64,000 bases of DNA from Methanomassiliicoccaceae archaeon (GTDB lineage Archaea; Thermoplasmatota; Thermoplasmata; Methanomassiliicoccales; Methanomassiliicoccaceae), in NCBI GenBank assembly GCA_963728405.1, contig CAVSJV010000004.1, positions 128,001 through 192,000 of the forward strand. Direction: 5' to 3'. Every line of letters begins with the position of its first letter. Position 1 is the first letter of the stretch. Below, one piece after another: positions 41,180 to 52,188 of this stretch. The notes beneath the pieces were generated by a model. It did not search any database and was not told the DNA's origin. It worked only from the letters and a program-made list of their open reading frames with translations. The translations under genes were made by a program, and so were the position numbers.

Positions 41180-42886
41180 ATGAGGACCCTTTACATTCAC
41201 GCGGATTACCTGGAATACAACGTCAAGAAACCTACTCCGGTCGCCGACCAGATCACCGATCAGGAGAAGCAGGGGCGCTATGAAGAGGTCCTTGTCGCCT
41301 TCCTAACCGTTGAGAAGCAGGACGAGGAATGTTTGGAGGATGTGGCCAAGAAGGTGGTCGATGACCTCCTCCAAATATTCAAGAAGGTGGGGGCGGAGAG
41401 GATCGCCCTCTACCCCTACGCTCATCTGTCCTCCTCGCTCTCTTCTCCTGACGTTGGCAAGAAGATGCTCCGGACCATGGAGACCCTGATCCAGCAGCAA
41501 GGGATCGAGGTCCATCGGGCTCCCTTCGGATGGTACAAGGCATTCAACATTTCCTGCAAGGGCCACCCCCTGTCCGAGCTGTCGAGAGAGATAAGGATAA
41601 TCGGAAAGAAAACAGAGGTCGGACAATACGACCCCGCCGTTCTGCTCAGGCAGATATCTAAAGCAAGATTGAGCAGGGATGCCTTGAAGGAGAACGACCA
41701 CCGGATAATCGGGCAGAAACTTGACCTGTTCAGCTTTTATGACGTGGCGCCCGGGATGGTCTTCTGGCACCCGAAGGGCCTGGTCATCAGGAACGCGCTG
41801 ATCGATCTCTGGCGGCAGGAACACCGGAAAGCGGGGTACAGTGAGATCAAGACCCCACAGGTCATGAGCGACATCCTGTGGAAGGTCTCCGGCCACTGGG
41901 AGCATTATAAGGACAGCATCTTCCTCACTAACTATGATGACCGGCAATTCGTGGTCAAGCCGATGAACTGCCCGGGAGGGATCCTGGTCTTCAACAGCAG
42001 GGAGAGGAGCTACCGGGAACTGCCATTGAGGATGTCGGAGCTTGGCGAGGTCCACCGGGTCGAGCTTTCCGGGGTGTTGTCCGGCCTGTTCCGGGTCATC
42101 CAGTTCACCCAGGATGATGCCCACATCTACTGTATGGAAGAACAAATGGGGTCGGAGATCAATGGGGTCATCGACCTGGTCGACAGATTCTACAAGTTAT
42201 TTGGATTCCAGTACCGCATGGAGCTGTCCACAAAGCCGGAGAATTCCATGGGGGACCCCTTACTATGGGAAAAGGCAGAGAGCACCCTCAAGAAGGTGCT
42301 GGACGACCGGAATGTCAAGTATGAGATCAACGAGGGGGACGGCGCCTTCTACGGGCCGAAGATCGACTTCAAGATAAAGGACTCGTTGGGACGGGAGTGG
42401 CAGACCGCCACCATCCAGCTGGACTTCCAGATGCCGGAAAGATTCCAGATCAAGTACGTGGGTGATGACGGAAAGGACCATGCTCCGATCATGCTCCACA
42501 GGACAATATATGGCTCGCTAGAGCGGTTCCTCGGCATATTGCTGGAACATCTGAACGGCAATCTACCCCTATGGCTGGCTCCGGTCCAGATCCGGGTGAT
42601 CTCGTTCAAGGACAATAACGCCAAGGCGGCCGAGGCGGTCTACCAGAAGCTCTTCGACCTGGGCTACCGTGTCGAGCTGGACCTGAGCTATGGGACCGTG
42701 GAGTACAAGATCAGGGACGCGGAGATACAGAAGATACCCTACATCATCATGATAGGGGACAAAGAAGAGGTGGCCAACACCCTGGCGGTCAGGCGCCATG
42801 GGGAGAAGGCACCGAAGTTCGGGGTACTGTTCGAGGACTTCGAGAAGCAGCTGAACGAAGAATCCCGGCCGAAACTTCTTCCCTAA
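41180..42886 (+). CDS. thrS: Threonine--tRNA ligase
   Basis: Editing domain YPYAHLSS..APFGWYKAF..CKGHPLSELSR; KPMNCPG, FTQDDAHI, GAFYGPKID, MLHR..GSLERF. Confidence 0.97.
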   Translation: MRTLYIHADYLEYNVKKPTPVADQITDQEKQGRYEEVLVAFLTVEKQDEECLEDVAKKVVDDLLQIFKKVGAERIALYPYAHLSSSLSSPDVGKKMLRTMETLIQQQGIEVHRAPFGWYKAFNISCKGHPLSELSREIRIIGKKTEVGQYDPAVLLRQISKARLSRDALKENDHRIIGQKLDLFSFYDVAPGMVFWHPKGLVIRNALIDLWRQEHRKAGYSEIKTPQVMSDILWKVSGHWEHYKDSIFLTNYDDRQFVVKPMNCPGGILVFNSRERSYRELPLRMSELGEVHRVELSGVLSGLFRVIQFTQDDAHIYCMEEQMGSEINGVIDLVDRFYKLFGFQYRMELSTKPENSMGDPLLWEKAESTLKKVLDDRNVKYEINEGDGAFYGPKIDFKIKDSLGREWQTATIQLDFQMPERFQIKYVGDDGKDHAPIMLHRTIYGSLERFLGILLEHLNGNLPLWLAPVQIRVISFKDNNAKAAEAVYQKLFDLGYRVELDLSYGTVEYKIRDAEIQKIPYIIMIGDKEEVANTLAVRRHGEKAPKFGVLFEDFEKQLNEESRPKLLP

Positions 42887-43056
42887 TCCCTTCCATCACG
42901 CTTGCTCACCAACGGAGAGACGGAAGAACTGGCGCGGAAGGACCCAAGGAAGTGCCCTTCACGTCCGATGTACAAGTCGCAGGGTGAGCCGCCGGGTCGC
43001 CGAGGCCGTCCTGGTGTAAGCAATCGTCTTCCCACTTACCCTACTCATTAAAATAA

Positions 43057-43495
43057 TCACTGAGGGGCGTGGCCTTGCTCCATAGAGGCAATTATTTGCT
43101 TTAATGTCGCCACCAACCCATCGAACTCATCCATGCCGATCGGCTTGATGAGGAAGTGATCGACCGAGAGCTCCATCGCCCGGGTCCGGTCGAGGGGGTG
43201 CTGGGAACCGGCAAGGATAACGACCTTCAGGGCATCTTTCGAGCACGAGCTCCTGATGAACTTGAGGACCTCCAGGCCGTCCCGCTTGGGGAGCTTCAGG
43301 TCGAGCACCACGAGCATCGGTGTGAAGGACATGTCCTTCAGCCGGTCCTGTATGATTTCGATTGCTCTCTCGCCATCCCCAGCGACCTTAACTCGGACGT
43401 CGCATTCCAGTTTCTGCGATGATCTCCTGGGTCAGAGCGGCATCGGCCGGATTATCCTCCACCAGGATCATTTCCACGATCGGCAGATCAATCAC
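43057..43495 (-). CDS. Receiver protein, frameshifted ~43402
   Basis: LVEDNPADA / [24 protein letters not shown]. Confidence 0.8.
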
Positions 43496-45148
43496 TCCCC
43501 CCCTTCGGCAGAGTGAACAGGAAGTTCGCTCCCTTTCCTTCCACCGATTCGACCCAGAATCCGACCCCCCTGCTGCTCGACGATCTTCTTGCAGATGGCC
43601 AGCCCAATGCCCGTTCCGGGGAACTCGTCCACCGTATGCAGACGTTGGAACACCTCGAAGATCCTCTCGGAATACTTTGGATTTCAATCCCGATGCCGTT
43701 GTCCCGAACGCTGAAGACCCACTCCTTGCCTTCTTCCCGGACCGAGATATCAACGCGAGGCGGCTGGGACCCATGGAACTTTATGGCGTTGCCGATGAGG
43801 TTCTGCAGGAGCTGGACCATCTGGCGCCGGTCGGCCATTACTAGTGGTGAGGTACCCGAAGACGATCATCGCCTTGTTCTCGTCAATGGAAGCTTTGAGG
43901 ACTAGTTTTACTTCATTTACCAATTGGCCCATATCCAGCGGGGCGAGCCTGGTCCCTCGGCTGTTGACCCTCGAGTATTCCAGGAGACCATTGATCAACT
44001 CCCTCATCCGGTCGGAGCCTTGTATGGCGAAGCCTATGTACTCTTTGGCTTTCGGGTCGAGCTGGCCACCACACCTCTTCTCCAGTAGACCTAGGTAGGC
44101 GGAGACCATTCTCAAGGGCTCCTGCAGGTCATGCGACGCAACGTAGGCGAACTGTTGCAGCTCGGCGTTCGAACGCGTCAGCTCCTTGGCGTTCTGAACT
44201 AGTTCCTTCTCCGCCTCTTTGATGGAGGTTATGTCCTGCAGGACCATCACGCCACCGAGCACCCGCCACTGCGGGTCGATGATCGGCGCCGAAGAGACCG
44301 TAAGGGTGATGCTGACCCCTCCGGGCTGCACCAGGTCGATGATGTCTCCGATGATGGTCTTGCCCAGGGCGATGGTCCGATGAAGGGGCCAATCTTCCCT
44401 CAGTAGGGGATCCCCGGTCTGATGGTCCCACGCTGGTACTTTCTCCAGCTTCGCGGGCTGGAACAACTGTGGAGCTCTTACCCGAACAACATCAAACGGG
44501 CCATCAGATTGGTCTCGGTCACCCGCGCCTCCTGATCCGCCAGGACCACACCTACGGGCAGCGAGTCCAATATGGTCGAGAAAAGGAGATGCTCTTGGTC
44601 AGTGCTCTTCTTGACCCGAGAGAAACTGACCTCCAGGTCCCGGTTCCGTTCCCATACCGACCGATACATCATTGCCAGGGAGAGTATGCCGGCGAACCCT
44701 TCCAGGGTCCTCAGTTCATGTTCCAAAGGTTCTTCGGCCCTGGGCTTCAGCAACCCCAGGATCCCGTTCTTCTGACCTCTGCTCCGAACCTGGACCAGCA
44801 CTTACCTCAGCCCTCCGTCCCCTTCCTCCAAGTGGCCGGCATGGGAGGGTTCCTTCACAAAAAGGTGGCAGATCTCTTCGAGCCGTCGATGGCTTCCGAC
44901 ATAGCTTCCCGGAGGTATCTGACCACATATTCCCCCTCCTCGATGGGCGCGAGGAAAACGGCACTCCCAGCCAGCTCGTCGATTATGCTTTCCAGGACCG
45001 AAGAAATGACTTGTTCAGGGCCGTCGGCATTAGAGAGACCTGTGGCCATCCGTATGCAGCCCTTATGCTGATGATATCGGCCATCCCCACCGGACGGAGC
45101 GTCAGAAATTCTCAACAATCCCCCATCTTTGTCTTCCACCGGCCCCAT
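43488..45148 (-). pseudogene. GAF-PAS-HisKA-HATPase sensor kinase, multiply disrupted
   Basis: [56 protein letters not shown] spread over several frames with in-frame stops. Confidence 0.85.
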
Positions 45149-45370
45149 CTTCCCCTAGCAGACCTTAGCAGCTCATAGCGCCCGTTCCTAACTTCCTATC
45201 GCCCTCATGAGAACGGTCGCAGGAGCAGATTGGGCCCATTGACCATTAAATCATCCCTGATGTAGGCCTCGTCCTCGGGGAAGTGCTATGCAAGGGAGGC
45301 GCTATTGAGGATCCCGATCTCCCACCTGGTCATCGAACAAAGGCTGGTCCTTTCTCGCCGAGCCATACGC

Positions 45371-47072
45371 TCAGTCCATCCTTTTTGGCCGCTGAAACTC
45401 CATGACGAACGATGCGGGGTCATCGATCTCCCACATATCCACACCGGCCAGCTCGAACCGCCGTTTGTGAGCCCTCTCCCTTTCTGGCCTCAGCACCTTT
45501 CTCCCGACATCACCAGCAACGGTCAAGAACGGCCTGATGCCTCCGCGGACCGTCAACGATATTCTTCTGGTCTCCACACCGACAAACTCCTCCAGGAGGC
45601 CGCACAAGGCATCTATGAAGCGACCTTCATCGACTAGGACCAGTTCTCCTTCGTCCGTCCCTTGGACATCGAAGGTCATTTCATCATAGACGGGGAGATG
45701 GGCGATCCGCCTGGCAAGCGCGGCCAGATAGGCCTGATCATCTCCCAAGGCATCAAATATCTCATCCTCGGAAGGCGGTGCCGATGCCAGGGTCTCTATC
45801 GTCCGATCCACCAGCCCGTCGAGCCGGCTGGGCACCAACTCGATGGAGAACTCCAAGCCCTTTATAGCATTGGTAAAATCTCCAAGGAGACGGGAGGTCC
45901 GTCGGAGAATTGAGGCATCCATTAGCTCTTCGAGTTGGGTGCCGGAGAACAGACGTTCGATCGACTGGATGGTCTGGATCGCTTTGAGGACGACCTGAAT
46001 CTGGACCTTATGACCTCCCCTGAACTCCTCGACGAATCGGTGGAAGCTTGCCAGAAGTTCATCGATCCGGTCGACCTGTACACATTCCATGCACCGACGA
46101 GCCTCTTCGGACTCCTCCAGCTCTTCCAGGAAGAAGGAGAGATAGTATAGTCGGCCGGCCAGAATGGAGAACGCTTCGTTCGCCTCCAATAGGATGTCCA
46201 GAGCATAGTCTGAGGTGAAACGCACACGGTCCATGTCGTAAGTGTGTATCGAACCCAGTTCGCCAACCCTCTGCAACATGCCCTCCAGTATCGCCTGGGC
46301 CGTAGTATCTGTCGACCGGTCGACCGTGACCGGGGCAGCATATTTCGATGTCCCTGGTCCTGAGCAGCCAGAGGACGTTCTTGATCGAAGTGACGAGATG
46401 ATCGCGGTTCCAGCCCACCTGACCCGCTATCCCGGGGTCTGCAGCGAACAGCAGGTCACCAGTGAAAAGAAGGCCTCCAACTAGATAGCAGACGCTGTCC
46501 GGACTGTGACCAGGGGTGTGGAATACCTCCATCGTTCCGCCGTTCAGCGGGATCACCTGCCGTTCCACGGTCAGACCGCCCTCTGTCGCGATCACTTCCA
46601 TCTTCGTACCCAACGACACCTCCCCGGTGAGGTCGCTCTCTCCTTCGGGCAACAGAGGAGAGTAATGGACCTCCAAGAACGAAGGCGGAAAGGTCCATCC
46701 CATGATCCGGGCCTGGGTGAGGTCAGCATCGAGGCTTTTCAGTGCGTTGGCCCCCACCTGCTGGACGACGAGCCTTACCGGCCCCTGTCCGCTCTCTCGG
46801 TAGGCAGAAGCTATCTGGAAAGAATGGTCCACATGGCAATGGGTCAGGTAGAAGGTCGTTTCCAAGCCCATCGCCGACCCTTCCCGCACCAACTGAAGGA
46901 TGCGGGCCATTTGGTCAGCGTCTGCGCCTGGATCGATTATTACTTGGTCTGATCGAGTGCGGAGGACATAGGCATTGCAGGACATGATGTCCGGTTTCCT
47001 GATAAAAGGAAAGATCTCACCCGCTTCGAGACCGGTGATCGGCTGCCACTTGGCATTGTCCAGGCTTGCCAT
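45371..47072 (-). CDS. MBL-fold metallohydrolase fused to a degenerate histidine-kinase-like C-terminal region; frameshift ~46305
   Basis: IIDPG, THCHVDH, HTPGHSPDS, LFTGD, CPGHG; continues in 45371..46279 frame. Confidence 0.8.
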
Positions 47073-47075
47073 GGA

Positions 47076-47405
47076 TCAGCCCGCCAATGCTTCCTGCTCT
47101 GTCCCGTAGATATTGAAGATGCTCGTGAAACCGGCCAGCTTGAACACCTTGAGCACGCCGGGCGAGAGGCAACAAAGCTTGAGGGACCCGCCATCCTTAC
47201 GCAGTTCCTTCAACGTGCCCAGGAAGACCCTTAACCCCCCGCTGCTGATGTAATCGGTATCCTTTAGATTGATCAGTATATTGCGGTGACCTTCGCCGAT
47301 AGCCTTCTTGAGACAGTCCTCCAGGGTCTTGGCCGAGTAGGCGTCAATCCGGCCTACGGTGTTAACTAATCTTGTCCCATTGCTCATGCTTTCATTGATA
47401 TCCAA
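47076..47405 (-). CDS. STAS anti-anti-sigma-factor-like protein (RsbV/SpoIIAA)
   Basis: GRIDAYSA, DYISSGGLRVFL, VFKLAGF; SD GAGGTGA before TTG 47405. Confidence 0.93.
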   Translation of the reverse strand: MDINESMSNGTRLVNTVGRIDAYSAKTLEDCLKKAIGEGHRNILINLKDTDYISSGGLRVFLGTLKELRKDGGSLKLCCLSPGVLKVFKLAGFTSIFNIYGTEQEALAG

Positions 47406-47406
47406 T

Positions 47407-47856
47407 TCAGTCACCTCTAATCTCTGGCTTCTCAGGGCCACCCTGGCCATGGGTGCTCATGATCAATGTGAGCACATTCTTTCCTTCCTCGCGCCGGTAG
47501 CGGACCTCATCCACTAGGTTCATCATAAGATGAACGCCCAGGCCGCCCACTTCCCGGTCCTTCGATTCAGCCTCCAGGTCCGGCGGGGGCACGCTTCGCG
47601 GGTCGAACGGCCGCCCCTCATCCACCATGGTCAAATAGATCAGGCCAGGCTCGATATTGACACTCACCCCGACCGTGCCTCTGCGCTCGTAGGCGTGCTT
47701 GAGGATATTGGTGAAGGCTTCCTCTGCCGCTACCAGGAGGTCCGTCTTCGTTTCCTCATTCATGAAGGAGCCCATGACCGAACCCTCGACAAATTCAAGG
47801 AACTCAGCGAGCCGGCTGAGGTCGGCCTCGAAGCAGTCTTGGCTAAAAGAGCTCAA
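47407..47856 (-). CDS. RsbW/SpoIIAB-like Ser/Thr kinase
   Basis: EEAFTNILKHAY, DEGRPFDP, GGLGVHLM..LVDEV.Y. Confidence 0.93.
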   Translation of the reverse strand: MSSFSQDCFEADLSRLAEFLEFVEGSVMGSFMNEETKTDLLVAAEEAFTNILKHAYERRGTVGVSVNIEPGLIYLTMVDEGRPFDPRSVPPPDLEAESKDREVGGLGVHLMMNLVDEVRYRREEGKNVLTLIMSTHGQGGPEKPEIRGD

Positions 47857-49223
47857 GGGCTGACCCCCACCTTGAGCGCCATGAGGGTGATGTCGTCATA
47901 TTGGGCGGCCCCTTTGGCAAAGTCGAGGACGTCCTCTTTTATTCCCTCCACGATGCCCTGGGCCGGTGAGGTCGAGAGCCTGGCCAGCGCAGCCCTGAGC
48001 CTATCCTCGCCGTACAGCTCCCCGGACGGATCGTTGGCCTCGGTGACGCCATCGGTGTAGAATAGTATGATGTCCCCGGCGCTCAGTGAGAGAGCCTTTT
48101 CTTCCGAGACAGCATCGTCCGTCGCCCCCAGGGCGATCCCTTCTCCCTCCAACTCAGTGAACGCCTCCTTCCTCAGAAGCAGAGGAGGGTTGTGTCCGGC
48201 ATTGGCATAGGTGAAGCGGCCGCTGGAGTGGTCGAGGATCGCATAGAACAGGGTAACGAACATGCCCGATTCCGAGGTCTCGGCGATAAGGCGGTTGGCA
48301 TCGGCCACCGCTCGAGCGGGACCGGAGGCCTGGGAGGAGGTCGCCCGGAGCACAGTGCGGGACAGGGCCATGTAGATCGCGCCAGGAACCCCTTTTCCTG
48401 GACGTCGGCGATGACCAGGCCAGACCGCCCGTCCCCCAGGTCTATGAAGTCATAGAAGTCCCCACCGACCTCCTTGGCCGGAACATTGAGAGCAAAGAGA
48501 TCGAACCCGTCGACGGATGGCCCCTTCTTCGGCAGGAAGCTCTGCTGGATGCCCTTAGCGATCTCCAGCTCGAACTTCTCCTTCTCCAGAGTATCGTGGA
48601 AGCGGTCACGCTCCTCCTTGGTGGAGCGCTCCATGATGAGGTTGTTGATTATGTACGCGAAGATGAGCATACCTATGGCATTGACCATGATCATGGGCGG
48701 TCCGACCCGCTCCACTACTGCCGCCGCGTATGGATAGGGACTTACGATCATCAAGGTCAGACCCATGTGGAGGGCTTCCTGCAATGTAGCAAAGGCTACG
48801 GCCACCAGGACGCCTGCGAACTTCTTACCGGCCAGGTACCAGATTAGGCTGCCGAACAGTCCAGACAGCATTGTGGCCAGGGAACAGGACACCGTGGTCT
48901 CTCCACCCACGAAGATGAGACGATGAAGGCCCCCCATCAGGCCTGCGCCGATACCGACCACAGGGCCGCCGACCAGCCCGCCGATCATCGGGCCGAGGTC
49001 CCGGACAGTTGACCTTGACCCCCAGCATGTCGATGCCTGCGTAGGTGCCGAATATCGAGAGAAGGCCGAAGGCTACCAGCAGGAACGCCTGGTTCTTCCA
49101 ATAGAGCTTACCCTCGAGAGCATCGTTGAACAACCTGGTCCGGGTTATCACATAGGCCACCACGATGACCACGCACATTATCTCGGTCAACGAGATCAGC
49201 AGATCGATAGTTATCGTGTCCAT
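47853..49223 (-). CDS. LytS/YhcK 5TM sensor fused to PP2C (RsbU/SpoIIE) phosphatase; frameshifts ~49007 and ~48400
   Basis: GLVGGPVVG..GGLHR; ELEIAKGIQQSFLP, EVGGDFYD, IADV(S)GKG, NAGHNPP, YTDGVTEA, DDITL. Confidence 0.9.
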
Positions 49224-49254
49224 GTGGTCCAGCTCCAGGATGTATGGCGTAGGT

Positions 49255-49887
49255 TCAAGTGGGGAGCCCGTCGTGCTCCTTCTTGGCGGTGCGTTCCTTA
49301 CTCGATCTCTTGATGATGTATGCGAAAACGAACATGCCCACCGAGTTGAACACGATCATAGAGGGACCGACGCTCTCGACCACCGAAACAGCATAAGAGA
49401 ATGGCTGGGCGATCAGTAGGATCAGGGCCATGTGGAAAACTTCTTGCAGCGCCGCAAAGGCCACCGCCACCGGAATGCCAATGAACCTCTTCCCAGCAAG
49501 ATACCAGATGACGCCGCCGAAGAGACCGGCCAATACGGTCGCCAATGAACAGGAGACGGTCGTATCTCCACCCACGAAGAGGAGCCTGTGCAGCCCTCCT
49601 ATCAAACCCGCCCCGATGCCCGCCACCGGGCCGCCCACCAGGCCAGCGATCATCGGGCCCAGGTCGCGAAAATTGATCTTGGCGTCCATGGCATCGACGC
49701 TTGCGTAAGTGCCAAGAATCGAAACGAGGCCGAAGGTGAGGATCAGGAATGCCTGGCTTTTCCAGTTCAGCTTGCCTTCCAGGGCGTCGTTGAACAACTT
49801 GGTTCGGGTGACCAGATATGCTACCACAATAATGGCCAGGACGACTACAGTAAGCGATATCAGTAGATTGATAATATTATTGTCCAT
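49255..49887 (-). CDS. Stand-alone LytS/YhcK 5TM receptor domain, paralog of the downstream sensor
   Basis: Colinear with the N-terminal ~195 aa of the next gene; stops after the last TM. Confidence 0.85.
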   Translation of the reverse strand: MDNNIINLLISLTVVVLAIIVVAYLVTRTKLFNDALEGKLNWKSQAFLILTFGLVSILGTYASVDAMDAKINFRDLGPMIAGLVGGPVAGIGAGLIGGLHRLLFVGGDTTVSCSLATVLAGLFGGVIWYLAGKRFIGIPVAVAFAALQEVFHMALILLIAQPFSYAVSVVESVGPSMIVFNSVGMFVFAYIIKRSSKERTAKKEHDGLPT

Positions 49888-49943
49888 TCTTCAGGCTCCC
49901 AGGATAATAATTGATCTTCGAACGAGCGAAGCAGCCACAACGG

Positions 49944-50804
49944 TCACCCTAGCTCCAGACTGGTTACTCCGAACACTTTATTCAAAGGTGTCGGTGGCGC
50001 TTGCTTGGTGTAGATACGGGCGGTCCGGAAGACCTCGATCATGCGTAGATCCTGTACGAGGACCATCCCCTCCGCGTTGGGCTGGGGCACGTCCAGGAAG
50101 TACGGCTCCCCAGGGACCGTTGCTATGAGGCCACGGAGCACTTTTTCAGCGGTCCGGCGGTCCTCGGCGAACAACGGGCCCACCTTATGGCCGGTCCGGC
50201 AGCGTCGTATCGTCCCATAGCCAGAGATCTCTCCATCCTTCAACACCGACAGAGAGGTCTGGTCGGGCTGGGCTAGAAAGGCCTTCAGGAAGACGTTGCG
50301 AGGGGCCCGGAAGATCGTACGGTCGTAATGGACCAGATCCTCGAACGGCAGCTCGGAAGCGCCTACGAGATCGTTAGGCGCCTCTCCCCCTCCCCAGCCC
50401 TGGAAACGATGATTCCAGTATGTGAAATGGAACCCATTCTTCTCGTACGTCGGTACCATGGCCACCACGCCGTCCGCGCCGATGTTTCGACATCGACCTT
50501 GGGAGAGCAAGTGCTCGATCATCCGTGCCCCTATACCCTGCCCCCTCAGGTCCTTGCGGACGATGAGAAGCCCGGCGAAGCTCAGATCGCCTGGATACTT
50601 TACCAGGGACGCGGATGCTACCATCTCTCCCGCGATCTCGCCGGTGAAGAAGCCGCCGGGGTCGGAAGTGAAGAAAGCTTCGGCATCATGGAGGCCAGGG
50701 TTCCATCCCTCGCGGTCGGCCCAATCCATGGTCAGGTCGACCTCTTCCCTGGTCATGTTCCTAATGGTCAACGGCGCATTGGGATGGTACATCATTTTCG
50801 ACAA
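49944..50804 (-). CDS. Tandem GNAT acetyltransferase (YitH-like)
   Basis: WADREGWNPGLHDA, RGQGIG, GHKVGPLFAED, FGVTSLELG. Confidence 0.9.
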   Translation of the reverse strand: MSKMMYHPNAPLTIRNMTREEVDLTMDWADREGWNPGLHDAEAFFTSDPGGFFTGEIAGEMVASASLVKYPGDLSFAGLLIVRKDLRGQGIGARMIEHLLSQGRCRNIGADGVVAMVPTYEKNGFHFTYWNHRFQGWGGGEAPNDLVGASELPFEDLVHYDRTIFRAPRNVFLKAFLAQPDQTSLSVLKDGEISGYGTIRRCRTGHKVGPLFAEDRRTAEKVLRGLIATVPGEPYFLDVPQPNAEGMVLVQDLRMIEVFRTARIYTKQAPPTPLNKVFGVTSLELG

Positions 50805-50904
50805 TTATCAACGGATTGAGATTAAGAAGGTTGTTCTTTGAATGGAGGTCTGTGATAATCAGCACTTTTTTATCTGATGGCCTGAGCATTACTCCTTGCA
50901 GATC

Positions 50905-52188
50905 ATGAGGCGGACCCTCGAGGAAATCAATGGTCGGATCGCCCAAGGCGAGGCGGTCGTTCTGACCGCAGCAGAGATAGAGGTATTGTTGTCCGAGGGC
51001 CGGGAACGAGAAGTGAATGAAGTGGACGTGGTGACCACTGGCACCATGGGACTTATGAGCGGCACCTATGCCGTCATATCATTCCCCCTCTCCCCGCCAG
51101 GAGAGCATCGACGATTTGTACACGCCTCGATCAACGGAATACCTCTGGTGATCGGCCCATGCCCGAACGAGGGGCTGGGGGTGATCGACGCAATGGTGTT
51201 CGGCACCGCCAAGAGCACCACCTGTCCAGCCTATGGGGCTGGCCATCTGTTCCGGGAGTTGTTGGAGGGGAGGCCAACCGATGTCGAGGCCATCTCGGAA
51301 CATGGTGTCACAGTACGCTCCACCATCCGCTTGGACGATATGCCAACGGCCAAATTGATGAGCACTAGGAACCTGTTCCGCAACTACCGGGCCATGGTCA
51401 ATCCGTCAGATATGGCGATGCCATCGATCTTCCATAGCCGGCCCTTCCCTCCCCGATTCGCCGGTCTGACCTTTTCAGGCTGTGGCCACATAAGCCCCCT
51501 TCAGAATGACCCCCAGCTTCGGACGGTAGGGATCGGCACGAAGGTCCTGTTCAATGGCGGAGAAGGCTATGTCATCGGGGCGGGCACGAGAAGCTCGCCC
51601 TCTGACCCGAACCTGATGACCATCGCTGACATGAAGAGCATGGACCCCTATTTGACCGGCGGGTTCATGACCGGCGCGGGGCCGGAATGCATCTGCTCCT
51701 ATGCCGTCCCCATCCCCGTGCTGGACAGCTCCCTCCTGGCGAGCGTCCAGACCAGGGACCGAGATATCCCCCTTCCTGTGGTGGACGTGAGAGACCGCAC
51801 CATGATCACCATGGCCGATTATGGCCAGGTCTGGTCAGGAAGGAGTACAGAGGTAGAGACCAGAACGATCGACTGCCTGGGTTGTGATCCCTGTTCTGCA
51901 GCTGTCGCCTGCCCAGCAGGGGCGATCTCCCCGACCCCGGATGGACCGCGTATCGACAGGATAAGATGTTTCAACTGCGGCACCTGCTCGACCTCCTGTC
52001 AAGGCGCATGCTTCTCCGCAGATTTGGGTCGAGTCATGATCGAGGTGCGCGGAAAGAGATTCGATGTGCCAGTGGTTTGCCGGCAATCGAACCGTAAGGC
52101 CGCGATCAGGACTGCCGAGGACCTTAAACGCCGGGTGCTCGACGGCAGCTTTGTCATCACCGGGAAGGTTGCCGACATTCGGCCATGA
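50905..52188 (+). CDS. comF: Methanogenesis marker 16 metalloprotein / CoM synthase ComF (DUF39 + ferredoxin)
   Basis: DVVTTGT..MSGT, GPCPNE, FSGCG..SPLQNDP, GF.T.AGPEC, CxxCxxC...CP and CFNCGTC; next to comDE. Confidence 0.85.
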   Translation: MRRTLEEINGRIAQGEAVVLTAAEIEVLLSEGREREVNEVDVVTTGTMGLMSGTYAVISFPLSPPGEHRRFVHASINGIPLVIGPCPNEGLGVIDAMVFGTAKSTTCPAYGAGHLFRELLEGRPTDVEAISEHGVTVRSTIRLDDMPTAKLMSTRNLFRNYRAMVNPSDMAMPSIFHSRPFPPRFAGLTFSGCGHISPLQNDPQLRTVGIGTKVLFNGGEGYVIGAGTRSSPSDPNLMTIADMKSMDPYLTGGFMTGAGPECICSYAVPIPVLDSSLLASVQTRDRDIPLPVVDVRDRTMITMADYGQVWSGRSTEVETRTIDCLGCDPCSAAVACPAGAISPTPDGPRIDRIRCFNCGTCSTSCQGACFSADLGRVMIEVRGKRFDVPVVCRQSNRKAAIRTAEDLKRRVLDGSFVITGKVADIRP

